From: Candidatus Sericytochromatia bacterium
GTDB lineage: Bacteria; Cyanobacteriota; Sericytochromatia; S15B-MN24; UBA4093
Assembly (NCBI GenBank): GCA_036676495.1
Contig: JAKFCT010000088.1
Span: 1 to 45,156, forward strand
Length of the DNA: 45,156 bases
Direction of reading: 5' to 3'
How positions within the stretch are numbered: the stretch's first letter is position 1; the number at the start of each line of letters is the position of its first letter. The notes under the pieces were generated by a model that made no database searches, had not been told where the DNA came from, and was given only the letters and a program-made list of their open reading frames with translations. Made by a program: the position numbers and the translations under genes. Below are positions 8,603 through 18,622 of the stretch, piece after piece.

Positions 8603-10603
8603 CTACCAGATGCGGACGCGATCCTCGGGCTTGCGGTAGAGCTTGTCTCCGGGCTTCACGTCGAAGGTCTTGTAGAAGGCGTCGACGTTGGTCACCACGC
8701 CGTTGACCCGGAAGGCCGCCGGCGAGTGGGGATCGGTCGAGAGCTTGGAGATGGCCCGCTCCTCGCGGTCCTTGTTGCGCCAGACGCGGGCGTAGCCCAT
8801 GAAGAAGCGCTGATCGCCGGTCATGTCCTTGATCACCGGGGCCTTCTTGTCGCCCAGCGAGAGGTGGTAGGCGCGCAGGGCCATGGCGACGCCCGCGAGG
8901 TCGGCGATGTTCTCACCGAGGGTGAGCTTGCCGTTGACGTTCCTGCCGGGCAGGGCCTCGTAGGCGTCGTACTGGGTGATCAGGCGCTCGGCACGGGCCA
9001 GGAAGGCCTTCTCGTCGGCGGGAGTCCACCAGTCGCGGAGGCGGCCTTCTCCGTCGAAGCGGCGGCCCTCGTCGTCGAAGCCATGGCTGATCTCGTGGCC
9101 GATCACCGCGCCGATCGCCCCGTAGTTATAGGCGTCGTCGGCGGCCATGTCGAAGAAGGGAGGCTGCAGAATGGCGGCGGGGAAGACGATCTCGTTGGCG
9201 GTGGGATCGTAGTAGGCGTTGACGGTCTGCGGCGTCATGTGCCAGCGCTTGCGGTCGACGGGCTTGCCGGCCTCGGCCATGTCGCGCCCGTAGAGGAAGC
9301 GGCTGACGCGAAGCAGGTTGCCCACGGCGTCATCGCGCTTCACGACGAGGCCCTGGTAGCCGCGCCAGGCATCGGGATAGCCGATCTTGACCTTGAAGCT
9401 GTCGAGCTTGGCGAGGGCGGCCTTCCGGGTTTCGGGGGTCATCCACTCGACCTTCGAGAGGTTCTCGCGGTAAGCCTCGAAGAGGTGGTCGACCAGCTCC
9501 TGCATGCGGGCCTTCGCCGCGGGCGGGAAGTGCTTGGCCACGTAACGCTCGCCGATGGCCTCGCCCAGCGCGTCGGAGGTGGTCTCGACGGCCTTGCGCC
9601 AGCGCGGAGACTCGGCCTTCAGGCCGCTCAGGGTCTCTCCGTGGTAGCGGTGGTGCGCCGAGCGGAAGCCCTTGCCCAGGTGCTCGCCGTAGGCGTCGAG
9701 GAGGCGGAAGCGCAGGTAGCTCTTGAGGGTCTCCACCGGGGTCTCGGCGGCAAGCTTGGAGAAAGCCTTGAAGTAGGTCTTCTCGCTGATGATCGCCCCC
9801 GAAGCCTGCGGCATGCCGCAGGCCTTGGCGAAGGCCTCCCAGGGGAAGGGGCCGTACTCCTTGGCCCAGAGCTTGCGCGCCGTGGGGTTGTAGGTCTGGA
9901 GGGCGTCCCGGCGGTCCTCGGCGGCCCACTGGATCTCGGCGAGCTCGGTCTCGAAGGCCATGACGCTCTTGGCGGTCGCTTCCGGGGTCGCGAAGCCCGC
10001 GAGCTTGCCCAGTTCGGTCAGGTAGGAGACGTAGGCCTCGCGGAAGGACTTGGCGTCGGGCTTGAGGTAGTAGTCGCGGTCGGGAAGGCCGAGGCCCGAT
10101 TGGGTCCAGGTGACGGCGTTGAGCTGGGGGTTCTTGGCGTCGGCGGAGACGTAGGCGACGACCGGGCCGGCGACGCCGGAGCCGAGCAGATGGCCCATGA
10201 GGGCGGCCACGTCTTCGAGCTTGCGGGCCTTGGCGATCCGATCGAGCTCGGGGGCGAGCGGGGCGAGGCCCGCGCGATCCAGGGCGGCGAGGTCCAGCAG
10301 CGAGGCGTAGAAGTCCCCGATCATGCGGCTCTCGGGGGAGGTGCCCGGCTTGGCCGCGGCCTCCTCCAGGAGGGCCTTCACGTCCGCCTCGGCGCGCTCG
10401 GCCAGCAGGGCGAAGGTGCCGTAGGAGCGGCGATCCGCCGGGATCTCCGTGGTGGCGAGCCAGGTCCCGTTGACATGGCGGAAGAGATCATCCTGCGGGC
10501 GGACGGTCTTGTCGGCTCCCTCGAAGGCGATCGCCCCCTGGGCCAGGACGGGGACGGAGAAGGAGAGCGACAAGAGCAAGACTAAGGTGGATCGCAGTTT
10601 CAC
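8603..10603 (-). CDS. M13-family zinc endopeptidase (PepO/neprilysin-like), exported
   Basis: VNAYY, GHEISHGFD, GENIAD, TDPHSP motifs; signal peptide after GTG 10603 with GGAG RBS. Confidence 0.93.
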   Translation of the reverse strand: MKLRSTLVLLLSLSFSVPVLAQGAIAFEGADKTVRPQDDLFRHVNGTWLATTEIPADRRSYGTFALLAERAEADVKALLEEAAAKPGTSPESRMIGDFYASLLDLAALDRAGLAPLAPELDRIAKARKLEDVAALMGHLLGSGVAGPVVAYVSADAKNPQLNAVTWTQSGLGLPDRDYYLKPDAKSFREAYVSYLTELGKLAGFATPEATAKSVMAFETELAEIQWAAEDRRDALQTYNPTARKLWAKEYGPFPWEAFAKACGMPQASGAIISEKTYFKAFSKLAAETPVETLKSYLRFRLLDAYGEHLGKGFRSAHHRYHGETLSGLKAESPRWRKAVETTSDALGEAIGERYVAKHFPPAAKARMQELVDHLFEAYRENLSKVEWMTPETRKAALAKLDSFKVKIGYPDAWRGYQGLVVKRDDAVGNLLRVSRFLYGRDMAEAGKPVDRKRWHMTPQTVNAYYDPTANEIVFPAAILQPPFFDMAADDAYNYGAIGAVIGHEISHGFDDEGRRFDGEGRLRDWWTPADEKAFLARAERLITQYDAYEALPGRNVNGKLTLGENIADLAGVAMALRAYHLSLGDKKAPVIKDMTGDQRFFMGYARVWRNKDREERAISKLSTDPHSPAAFRVNGVVTNVDAFYKTFDVKPGDKLYRKPEDRVRIW

Positions 10604-10707
10604 GAAGGCTCCTGACTGGGGACGAAACGGGGGCAAACACGCTCCATCTTAGCATGTCAGGAGGGCCTCAAAGGTCCGGGCCTCGCACGTTGCCGCCGGA
10701 GGCCGCC

Positions 10708-11949
10708 TCAGACCATGGGCCGCGGCCCGGAGATCCCCGGCGGCCAGCGCAACTCCGCCGCCGGCGCCCGGGACGATCCGTAGAGGTGCTCGCGGGTCCA
10801 CGGCAGCGGGCTCAGGCCCGATCGTCCCTGCTTGCTCGCCAATACCTGGTAGATCGACACTCCCCCCTGCTCGAAACTCTGCGCGCACCCCGCCATGTAG
10901 ATCCGCCAGATCCGGTAGCGCTGCGCCCCCACCAGGGCCTCCGCGGCCTCCCGGCTCGACTCCAGCCGATCCACCCAGTGCATCAGCGTCTGGGCATAGT
11001 GCGGCCGCAGACACTCCACGTCCGCGACCTCCAGATCCTGGCGCGCCATGTCCCGGATCACCCGGCTCAACTCCGGCAACTCCCCCATCGGGAAGACGTA
11101 GCGCCCGATGAAATCCCCCGCATCGAGCCCCTTCCCGGCAGACTCCGGCTGGGTGATGCCGTGGTTGAGCATCAACCCGCCCTCCCGCAGGAGCCGGCTC
11201 GCCGTCGCGAAGTAGCGCGGGAGATTCGCGATCCCCACGTGCTCGAACATGCCCACGCTCGCGATCTTGTCGTACTCCCCCGTGAGATCCCGGTAGTCCA
11301 TCAATTGGACCTGGCAGCGCCCTTCCAGGCCTTCCTGGCGGATCCGCTCCTGGGCGACCTCGAACTGGTTGCGGCTCAAGGTGATCCCGGTGGCCGAGAC
11401 CCCGTAGTGCTTGGCCGCCCAGACGATCAGCCCTCCCCAGCCGCAGCCGATGTCCAGGAAACGCTCTCCTGGACTGAGCATGAGCTTGCGGCAGAGGTGA
11501 TCGAGCTTCTGCTCTTGGGCCTGGTGGATGTCCTCGTCGCCGCGCGTGAAGTACGCGCAGGAGTACACCATCCGGCGGTCGAGCCAGAGGCGGTAGAAGT
11601 CGTTGGAGACGTCGTAGTGGTAGCGGATGGCCTCGGCGTCCGCGCGCTTGGTGTGGCGCCGCCACCGGAACCACGGCGCCGGCCGCGCCGCGCCGTTGAA
11701 GACCTGGGCCACCTGCAGGATATCGGGAAGGGAGCCCTCGACCTCGACCCGCCCCTCGACGTAGGCCGCCGCCAGGGTTTCCAGGTCGGGGCGGAGCAGA
11801 AGGGACGCCGCCTGGGGAGTCGGAAAGGCCAGCGTGACGCGCGGCGCGGGATCCAGATCAATCTGGGAGCCGTTCCACAGCCGGATCCTCAAGGGGAGCT
11901 CCCCGGCATGACGCTCGGCCAGACGGCGAAGAGACGCTTCTAGACGCAT
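10708..11949 (-). CDS. cfa: Cyclopropane-fatty-acyl-phospholipid synthase family methyltransferase
   Basis: HYDVSNDFY, YSCAYF, LDIGCGWGG, SVGMFEHVG motifs; AAGGAG RBS before ATG 11949. Confidence 0.9.
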   Translation of the reverse strand: MRLEASLRRLAERHAGELPLRIRLWNGSQIDLDPAPRVTLAFPTPQAASLLLRPDLETLAAAYVEGRVEVEGSLPDILQVAQVFNGAARPAPWFRWRRHTKRADAEAIRYHYDVSNDFYRLWLDRRMVYSCAYFTRGDEDIHQAQEQKLDHLCRKLMLSPGERFLDIGCGWGGLIVWAAKHYGVSATGITLSRNQFEVAQERIRQEGLEGRCQVQLMDYRDLTGEYDKIASVGMFEHVGIANLPRYFATASRLLREGGLMLNHGITQPESAGKGLDAGDFIGRYVFPMGELPELSRVIRDMARQDLEVADVECLRPHYAQTLMHWVDRLESSREAAEALVGAQRYRIWRIYMAGCAQSFEQGGVSIYQVLASKQGRSGLSPLPWTREHLYGSSRAPAAELRWPPGISGPRPMV

Positions 11950-12121
11950 GAGTCGCTCCTTCCGCTTCACATCTCTTCATCTATATATCATAAGCAACCA
12001 GGTCATGGATCAGCGGATCGCCCACTCGGCCCGTGGCGTTGCGCCAAAGTCCCTTCCGGGGTATCCGGAGAAATCGGCTGGTTTGCGTCGGCAAGGGCCT
12101 GACGAGGGAGAATTCACAGCC

Positions 12122-12215
12122 ATGACAGCCAGCATGGGGCAGGTCTTGATCATCGAGGACGCGGAGGATCTCGCGCGCTTGATCGCAGCCTTGCTCAAAC
12201 GCCACCGCCACGCCT
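12122..12215 (+). pseudogene. Response-regulator receiver-domain remnant
   Basis: RBS GAGGGAG then MTASMGQVLIIEDAEDLARLIAALLK (receiver beta1-alpha1); resemblance ends after about 30 codons. Confidence 0.5.
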
Positions 12216-12225
12216 TGAAACGGCA

Positions 12226-12256
12226 ATCGGGGGAATGCGTGAAGCACTCCCCCGAT
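12226..12256 (-). terminator. Hairpin after phnA-like gene
   Basis: ATCGGGGGAATGC...GCACTCCCCCGAT inverted repeat. Confidence 0.55.
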
Positions 12257-12259
12257 CGG

Positions 12260-12469
12260 CTAGGCCTTCTTCAGGAAGGCGGCCTTGAGCACCAGGGTGC
12301 CCTTCCCCTCGCGGACCTCGATCTCTTCGGGGTTCGACGTCAGGCGGATCTTCTTGTAGACCGTTCCCCGCTTGAGGACCGTGGAAGAGCCCTTGAGCTT
12401 CAGATCCTTGATGAGGAGGACGGAGTCCCCGTCGCTGAGGAGGTTACCGTTGCTGTCTTTGACGTCCAT
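12260..12469 (-). CDS. PhnA/YjdM C-terminal-domain small protein (no zinc ribbon)
   Basis: VKDSNGNLLSDGDSVLLIKDLKLKG...LKAAFLKKA; TATAAT at 12544-12549 on minus strand. Confidence 0.88.
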   Translation of the reverse strand: MDVKDSNGNLLSDGDSVLLIKDLKLKGSSTVLKRGTVYKKIRLTSNPEEIEVREGKGTLVLKAAFLKKA

Positions 12470-12694
12470 GATGCCCTTTCCGTGGTGATGGCCGGGTGAG
12501 CCGCCCGCGCATGTCGGCCTGAGAGCCGAGTGGCGGCCGGATGATTATACCTCCATCGAGGTAGGTAGGGGCCGATGTCCCAGGGCTATCGGGGTCGCGT
12601 CCTTCACGGTATGATCGAGTCCTAGCCCCGTGCAGGCCCCCGGCCAAGCTCCTCGCGCCCCTCGGAGCGCGAGGATCGTGAAAAGGAAGAGACC

Positions 12695-13219
12695 ATGCTG
12701 ACCCGATTTCTCCTCCCGGCGCTCCTCGTCGCCCAGGCGGCTTTCGCGCTGCCGGCCGTCGCGGCCTTTCCCGACTTCCGGGCCAAGGACCTCAACGGCG
12801 CGGAGATCACCGCCCAGAGCCTCCGGGGACAGACGGTCGTCTACCTCATCGGCTTCAGCCACGAGAGCCGCGCCGAGGTCGAGGCCTGGGCGAAGGCTCT
12901 CACGGAGCTGGGCAAGCGAGCGCCGGCAGCCGGGCCGCTTCGCATCATCCAGATGCCCGTCCTGAGCGGGGCGGGAGTCTGGGCCCGCCCGTTCATCGAG
13001 TCCGGCCTCACCCGAAAGACGCCCAAGGCCGAGCGCGCCAACGTCATGACCAGCACGGACCGTGACGCCCTGGTGAAGGGCCTCGACCTCAAGGACCCGG
13101 ATAACGGGGCGGTGATCGCCCTCGTGGATGCCGCCGGAGAGGTCCGCCTCGTCGTCAGAGGGGGAGTCACCGAGACCAAGGAACGGGACCTGGCGAAGAA
13201 GCTGGAGTCGCTCAAGTAA
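12695..13219 (+). CDS. Exported thioredoxin-like-fold protein lacking CxxC
   Basis: Signal peptide; FPDFRAKDLNGAEITAQSLRGQ resembles a redoxin N-terminus; TATGAT at 12610. Confidence 0.6.
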   Translation: MLTRFLLPALLVAQAAFALPAVAAFPDFRAKDLNGAEITAQSLRGQTVVYLIGFSHESRAEVEAWAKALTELGKRAPAAGPLRIIQMPVLSGAGVWARPFIESGLTRKTPKAERANVMTSTDRDALVKGLDLKDPDNGAVIALVDAAGEVRLVVRGGVTETKERDLAKKLESLK

Positions 13220-13268
13220 GCGCAAGCGCTCCGACCGAGACCCTACCTAAACCGAGACCCTATCCGAG

Positions 13269-13694
13269 TCACGGCCGCGTCAGCGCCACCGTAGCCACCT
13301 TTCCGGCTTCGACCGTGGCGCTGGTCGAGGCGACCTTCCCTCCGGCATGCAGGTAGACCTCGTAAGGTCCGGTCTTCATGCGCTCCAGGCGCAGGACGCC
13401 CTCCGGTCCGGTCTCTCCTTGCACCATGCTGGGACAGGTCGGCTTCGGGTAGGAATCGGAGACTCCCACCCAGTAGGCGGTCACGCTCGCGCTGGCCTGA
13501 GGCAGGCCCGCCACATCGGTGACCTTGACCTCCAGGATACCCACCGGCACGAAGGCCTGGAGCCGGTAGCTCGCCGGAAGCTGGGGCGAGCAGCCTCCGG
13601 CCCCCCCGAGGAACGGTGAGACGAAGGGGTTGCATGCGCTCAGCATGGCGCCCACCGCAACGAGCATGGAGGGGTTGAGGATCGATCGCTGCAT
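13269..13694 (-). CDS. Lipoprotein with carboxypeptidase-regulatory-like beta-sandwich (copy 1)
   Basis: Lipobox LSAC; GILEVKVTD...ASVT...GETGPEG...GPYEV pattern. Confidence 0.7.
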   Translation of the reverse strand: MQRSILNPSMLVAVGAMLSACNPFVSPFLGGAGGCSPQLPASYRLQAFVPVGILEVKVTDVAGLPQASASVTAYWVGVSDSYPKPTCPSMVQGETGPEGVLRLERMKTGPYEVYLHAGGKVASTSATVEAGKVATVALTRP

Positions 13695-13816
13695 GGGGCC
13701 TCCGGAACCAATCGACAAGCAAGGGTTAGCATGTCAGTATAGACCAATTCTCGGGATGACTGAGTTCAAGATTCTGGACTTGCGCTCGCGCCTCCGTTGC
13801 CTTCAAGGAGACCCCC

Positions 13817-14425
13817 ATGAGGGTCAGAAGCCTCATGCTTTCGCTGTTGCTGCTCGGCCTCCCGCTCCGGGCCGAAGCCTTGCCGCTGGAGGCCAAGATC
13901 GGTGTGCTGGGAATCCCCGCGCTCACCGTGGGGGGCGAAGGCGCTCTCAGCGTCACCGGGACCCCCCTCACGCTCGCGGGCCATGCCTCCATGTCCTTCG
14001 GCAGCGCGGGCCTGACGGCAGGTTGGGGGGAATACGCCCATGCCCTCGCTCCCGGAAGCGCGATCGGAGTGCTGGCGGGGGTAAATCTCGACTGGCAGCC
14101 GCGCCGGGTTCCCGCCATGTCCGATGCGACCTCCCCGCTGGTTCCCGGGAGGCTGGGCTACCTCGTCGGCGCCTTCTACCTTCACGACTGGGGGTCCTGG
14201 TGGCTGCGCGTGGCGCCGAACGTCTCGCTCATCCCGCTGGACCCGATCCCGCCACGCCCCGATCAGCTCGATCAAGGCTATACCTACCGTTCTCCGGAAG
14301 CGAACATCGGGCGTTTCCTACTCGGCGGGCCCCCCTTGGTAGAGATCGGCTACCGGCTGAGACCGGGCCTCGAGCTGGGTTTACGGAGCAGCCTCACCCC
14401 GCTGCGGGCCTCCCTCACGTTCTAG
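13817..14425 (+). CDS. Exported hypothetical protein, probable small outer-membrane beta-barrel
   Basis: AAGGAG RBS, signal peptide ending AEA, amphipathic strands, C-terminal LRASLTF. Confidence 0.6.
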   Translation: MRVRSLMLSLLLLGLPLRAEALPLEAKIGVLGIPALTVGGEGALSVTGTPLTLAGHASMSFGSAGLTAGWGEYAHALAPGSAIGVLAGVNLDWQPRRVPAMSDATSPLVPGRLGYLVGAFYLHDWGSWWLRVAPNVSLIPLDPIPPRPDQLDQGYTYRSPEANIGRFLLGGPPLVEIGYRLRPGLELGLRSSLTPLRASLTF

Positions 14426-14448
14426 GCGGGCAACATGATGCCTCCTTG

Positions 14449-14877
14449 TCACGGCCGCGTCAGCGCTACCGTCGCCACCTTTCCGGCTTCGACCGTGGCG
14501 CTGGCCGAGGCGGACTTCCCTCCGTCATGCAGGTAGATCTCGTAGGGCCCCGTCTTCATCCGCTCCAGGCGCAGGACGCCCTCCGCTCCGGTCTCGCCCT
14601 GCACCATGCTGGGGCATCTCTGCTTCGGATAGGCCTCGGAGCCCCCCACCCAGTAGGCGGTCACGCTCGCGCTGGCCTGAGGTAGGCCCGCCGCATCGGT
14701 GACCTTGACCTCCAGGACGCCCACCGGCACGGAGGCCTGGATCCGGTAGCTCGCCGGAAGCTGGGGCGAGCAGCCTCCGGACTCCCCGATGAACGGTGAG
14801 CCGAGAAAGGCGCATGCCGTCAGCAAGGAGCCCGCGGCGACGAGCAAAAACAAGGGCTTGAGGATCGATCGCGGCAT
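14449..14877 (-). CDS. Lipoprotein with carboxypeptidase-regulatory-like beta-sandwich (copy 2)
   Basis: Lipobox LTAC; near-identical to copy 1 from GGCSPQLPASYR to VALTRP; AAGGAGG RBS. Confidence 0.72.
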   Translation of the reverse strand: MPRSILKPLFLLVAAGSLLTACAFLGSPFIGESGGCSPQLPASYRIQASVPVGVLEVKVTDAAGLPQASASVTAYWVGGSEAYPKQRCPSMVQGETGAEGVLRLERMKTGPYEIYLHDGGKSASASATVEAGKVATVALTRP

Positions 14878-15002
14878 GGGAGCCTCCTTGAAACCAACGG
14901 CCAGCAAGGGTATTCCCGTCAGTATAGATCGAATCCCCGGAGGCATGGGGGCGGCGTCCTGGACCTCGGGAGTCGGTTAAGCCGAGGACAAGCCCAGGAT
15001 AA

Positions 15003-15043
15003 CTTAACCATCCCCTAAGCTCCCGTTAACCAATCCCTAAGAA
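15003..15043 (+). promoter_or_regulatory. Four 11-bp-phased half-sites (pho-box-like)
   Basis: CTTAACCA-3nt-CCTAAGCT-3nt-GTTAACCA-3nt-CCTAAGAA upstream of the clostripain gene. Confidence 0.55.
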
Positions 15044-15111
15044 AGAGCCCGGCACTTCCTTGCGATAGCTTCTCCAAGCACCGCATCGTCTCGCAAGACA
15101 AGGAAGGACCC

Positions 15112-16434
15112 ATGCGCAACCGGATTGCTGGCCTCATGCTCTCGCTCGCCCTCCTGACGGGCTGCGGCACCCCGGCATTCCTGCTCGGCGGCCCCGGCGG
15201 CACCCTCGAAGGGCGGGGCGCCAAGGACGGCAAGGACTGGACCGTCTTCATCTACATGGCGGCCGACAACAGCCTCACCGAAGCGGCCGATCTGGACCTC
15301 AACGAACTGGAGGCGGGGCTCTCCTCCGATCGCGTCCGGATCGTGGTCCTGGTGGACCAGGCCAAGCAGGGCGATTCGCGCATCCTCGAGATCCAGCCCG
15401 ATCCGCAGGGCATGAACGAGACCCTCGTCTCGCGGGCCATCGACGACCAGGGGGCGGTGATCCCGGCGAGCCGCGAGGTCAATACCGGCTCCCCCGACAC
15501 GCTCAAGCGGTTCCTCGAATGGGGAACCAAGCGCTACGCCTCGCGCCGCTCGATGCTGGTGATGTGGAACCACGGGGGCGCCGCCTTCTCGGACCCGGAC
15601 CACCTCAAGTCCTTCTGCTGGGACGACACCTCCAAGAGCCACCTGAACCTGGTCGATCTCTGGCGCACGGCCCAGCACCTGGCGACCCGGACGCAATTCG
15701 ACATCACCGGCTTCGACACGTGCCTCTTGGGGCACCTCGAGACGGCCTACCAGTTCAAGCGCGTGTCGGATTTCCTCATCTCCTCCGAGCGGGTCTCGCC
15801 CGGCCACGGCTGGGATTACCAGGCCCTGGCACGGACCCTGTCCAGGAAGCCCGACATCTACCCCCGCGCGCTGGCCGACGCGATCGCCAAGGACTACCAG
15901 GCCTTCTACCAGCAGCAGGGCGAAACGACGACCATCTCGGTCACCGACCTCCAGAAGGTGGGCGATCGCCTGGTCCCTGCCGTCAACGCCCTGGCGAAGA
16001 ACCTGACCGCCCTGGTCCCTGCTCGCTCCTCGCGCGAGGCGCTCAACGAGAGCCTCTACGCGGCCCTCGCCGCGGCCTCGGGTTCGGGAGAGCGCAACGC
16101 CATCGATCTCGGGTACTTCGGAGACCTGCTGCAGAAGAACCCCAAGCTGCCGAAGGAGACCCATGCGCTGGCGGCCAAGATGACCCAGGAGCTGCGCCGG
16201 GCCGTCGAGACGAACCTGACCACCGGCACGACGGCCGGGAAGTACCAGGGGCTGAAGATCTACTTCGCCTGGCACTACGACAAGGCTTACGCCGATCCTT
16301 CCCACCAGTTCTTCGGAACGCAGGCCTGGACCGACTTCCTCAAGGCCTACGACAAGGCGCAGCCTCCCAGCGGCGGTGGTCAGACTCCCATGCCCATCCC
16401 CGGGTTCCCCGGGCCCGGAATCGGCCCGATGTAA
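15112..16434 (+). CDS. Clostripain-family (C11) cysteine peptidase lipoprotein
   Basis: Lipobox LTGC; WTVFIYMAADNSL, WNHGG (His), GFDTCLLG (Cys), GWDY motifs. Confidence 0.9.
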   Translation: MRNRIAGLMLSLALLTGCGTPAFLLGGPGGTLEGRGAKDGKDWTVFIYMAADNSLTEAADLDLNELEAGLSSDRVRIVVLVDQAKQGDSRILEIQPDPQGMNETLVSRAIDDQGAVIPASREVNTGSPDTLKRFLEWGTKRYASRRSMLVMWNHGGAAFSDPDHLKSFCWDDTSKSHLNLVDLWRTAQHLATRTQFDITGFDTCLLGHLETAYQFKRVSDFLISSERVSPGHGWDYQALARTLSRKPDIYPRALADAIAKDYQAFYQQQGETTTISVTDLQKVGDRLVPAVNALAKNLTALVPARSSREALNESLYAALAAASGSGERNAIDLGYFGDLLQKNPKLPKETHALAAKMTQELRRAVETNLTTGTTAGKYQGLKIYFAWHYDKAYADPSHQFFGTQAWTDFLKAYDKAQPPSGGGQTPMPIPGFPGPGIGPM

Positions 16435-16447
16435 GACGCCGCAAGCC

Positions 16448-16490
16448 ACCCGAAGGGGACCGGAGCATGTCGCTCCGGTCCCCTTCGGGT
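16448..16490 (+). terminator. Hairpin after clostripain
   Basis: 19-bp perfect inverted repeat ACCCGAAGGGGACCGGAGC/GCTCCGGTCCCCTTCGGGT. Confidence 0.7.
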
Positions 16491-16768
16491 TCGGACCTGC
16501 CGTCGCATGGGAAGGCGGGTTCGCCGGCAAGAGGGAGGAGGATCGGGAGGAAGCTGAAGGGCATTCAGGACGAACGTCTTCTATGTTGAGCTTTTCGATC
16601 CGATCGTGACTTCCGGTGGGGCCCCCCTCTACCGATCACCTCGGCGCCCTGCCGGCACTGTAAGTTACGCCGGAAAACCCCCCTCGATTTCAATCGGTTC
16701 ACCGCGCCTCCTCCGTCAGACCTTTGCTATAAAGGGGGCCTCCCGGTGCTCCGGGAGAGGAGGGTGAC

Positions 16769-17206
16769 ATGCGTGACAAGCGACTAGGGGCCGGTATCGT
16801 GGTTTGCCTTGGCATTCTCGCAGGCTGCGCGTCAGCAGGGGCGCCGACCGGCTATCAAGCGGCTGAGAGCTCGAAGGTGACGAGCACGCTTGGTGGGGTG
16901 GCGACCTCGATTTCGGGTGGCGCAGAAGGCGCTGAAGCCGAGGCCACCGAGACGACCACCGTCTCGATGGAAAATCACCGCTTCATGCCCGCAACCATCA
17001 CGATCCCGGCCGGAAGCACCGTGACCTGGGTGAACAACGAGCAAGGCGTCCCTCACACCACCACCTCGGATACCGGCCTCTGGGATTCCGGCAACATGAG
17101 CACCGGGCAGACCTACTCGCGACGGTTCGACGAGCCCGGAACGTACCCCTACAACTGCACGTTGCACCGCGACCAAGGCATGGTCGGAACCGTCATCGTC
17201 AAGTAA
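16769..17206 (+). CDS. Cupredoxin (plastocyanin/amicyanin-like) lipoprotein
   Basis: Lipobox LAGC; type 1 copper ligands PH, YNCTLH and GMVG. Confidence 0.88.
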   Translation: MRDKRLGAGIVVCLGILAGCASAGAPTGYQAAESSKVTSTLGGVATSISGGAEGAEAEATETTTVSMENHRFMPATITIPAGSTVTWVNNEQGVPHTTTSDTGLWDSGNMSTGQTYSRRFDEPGTYPYNCTLHRDQGMVGTVIVK

Positions 17207-17222
17207 CCCGCGATCGCCTCAC

Positions 17223-17251
17223 ATGCGGGGACTGCGCGTCAGTCCCCGCAT
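17223..17251. terminator. Hairpin between convergent genes
   Basis: ATGCGGGGACTG...CAGTCCCCGCAT inverted repeat. Confidence 0.6.
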
Positions 17252-17281
17252 AGAGGGCCTACTCGAGAATCGTGCGGTCAA

Positions 17282-18415
17282 TCAGGGTGCCGTCGGAGGC
17301 TTCCTCAACAGCAGGGCGATGGAGCGGGCGGTTCGCTCGAGCAAGGAAGCCGCCTGACCCATGGCGCTCTCACGCGTCATGGGCTCTCGAACGAGGCTGA
17401 AGGCCGCTCCGCCACGCTCCTCCAGCAAGGCCTCCCCTTCGGGGGTGACGCGCCCCGCGATCACGATCACGCGGCCTTCCGGAGATCGCTCGGAGAGCCT
17501 TCCCACGACCTTGCCCTCGAACGAGGAACGGTCGAGCTGTCCTTCGCCGGTGATGACCCAGTCCGCCGCTTTCAGCTTGGCCTCGAGGCCCAGGGCCTCC
17601 GCGACGAGATCGAAGCCCGGCTCCAGCTGGGTACCAGCGAGGCTTACGAGCCCCGCAGGAACGCCCCCGGCCGCTCCCGTCCCCGGCAGATCATGCACCC
17701 GGATGCCGGTCTCGGCTGCGAGACGGTCGGCCAGATTGGCCAGTCCCGCCTCCAACTCCCGCACGTCTTCAGGGGTGGCGCCCTTCTGGGGGCCGTAGAC
17801 GGGAGCGGCGCCGCGCGGCCCCAGCAAGGGGTTGGAGACATCCACGGCGATGCGGATGCGCGCTTCCTTGAGCAGCGGATGGGCGTCCGAGGGGTCGATC
17901 CGGGAGATCCGCCGCAAGCCAGCCCCGCCACGGGGAACCGGCGCGCCGGAAACGTCCAGGAAGCGGACGCCCAGGGCCTCCAGCAGGCCGGCGCCGCCGT
18001 CGACGGTGGCGCTGCCGCCCACGGCCAACAGGAGGGTGCGGAAGGCGTGGCGGGCGTAGGCCTCGGCGATCAGGGTGCCCACGCCGTAGGTGGTGGTGTC
18101 GAGGGGATTGCGCCGATCGGGCGGAACCTGCGCGAGGCCCGCGGCGGCCGAGAGCTCGATGGCGACGGTGTCTCCGAGGACGCCGAAGGCCGCCGTGATC
18201 GGGCGGCCCAGGGCATCGGTGGTGGAGGCGTGGTCGAGTCGGCCGCCGCTGGCCTGGACCAAGGTCTCGACGAAGCCTTCTCCGCCGTCGGAGAGCGGGC
18301 AGACGTCGAGCAAGGCCTCGGGCAAGGCGCTTTGGAGGCCCCGGGCGATCGCCCGGGCGGCCTCCGCGGCCGGGAGGCTTTCCTTGAAGGTATCGGGCGC
18401 AATCAGGATCCGCAT
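17282..18415 (-). CDS. glxK: Glycerate kinase
   Basis: MRILIAPDTFKESL, DGGEG, GGSATVDGG, YGPQKGA, GAAGG, ITGEG motifs. Confidence 0.92.
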   Translation of the reverse strand: MRILIAPDTFKESLPAAEAARAIARGLQSALPEALLDVCPLSDGGEGFVETLVQASGGRLDHASTTDALGRPITAAFGVLGDTVAIELSAAAGLAQVPPDRRNPLDTTTYGVGTLIAEAYARHAFRTLLLAVGGSATVDGGAGLLEALGVRFLDVSGAPVPRGGAGLRRISRIDPSDAHPLLKEARIRIAVDVSNPLLGPRGAAPVYGPQKGATPEDVRELEAGLANLADRLAAETGIRVHDLPGTGAAGGVPAGLVSLAGTQLEPGFDLVAEALGLEAKLKAADWVITGEGQLDRSSFEGKVVGRLSERSPEGRVIVIAGRVTPEGEALLEERGGAAFSLVREPMTRESAMGQAASLLERTARSIALLLRKPPTAP

Positions 18416-18622
18416 GTCTCCCTCTCGCCGCAGGCGCTGTCGCCCGGGGCTCCTCCGGTAGGCGGCCGTCAAACAGCATACCTGATCCGCCGGCTTGCCG
18501 TTCTCCCTCGCGCCCTGCGGAGGCCCTGCCAAGGGGCAAGAGCTAGGATTGACATAAGTTCGAGCGATCGCTAGCATCTTGGATGCGCTATTTGAACCCT
18601 TTCCAACACCACCGGAGGTGCC

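Noticed and set aside
7469-10585. 1038-aa plus-strand ORF, and similar long ORFs such as 5435-7444, 20972-22915, 30035-32179, 32076-33977 and 42567-44204
   Set aside because: Antisense shadows of well-supported genes; long open antisense frames are expected at high GC and they show no recognisable motifs
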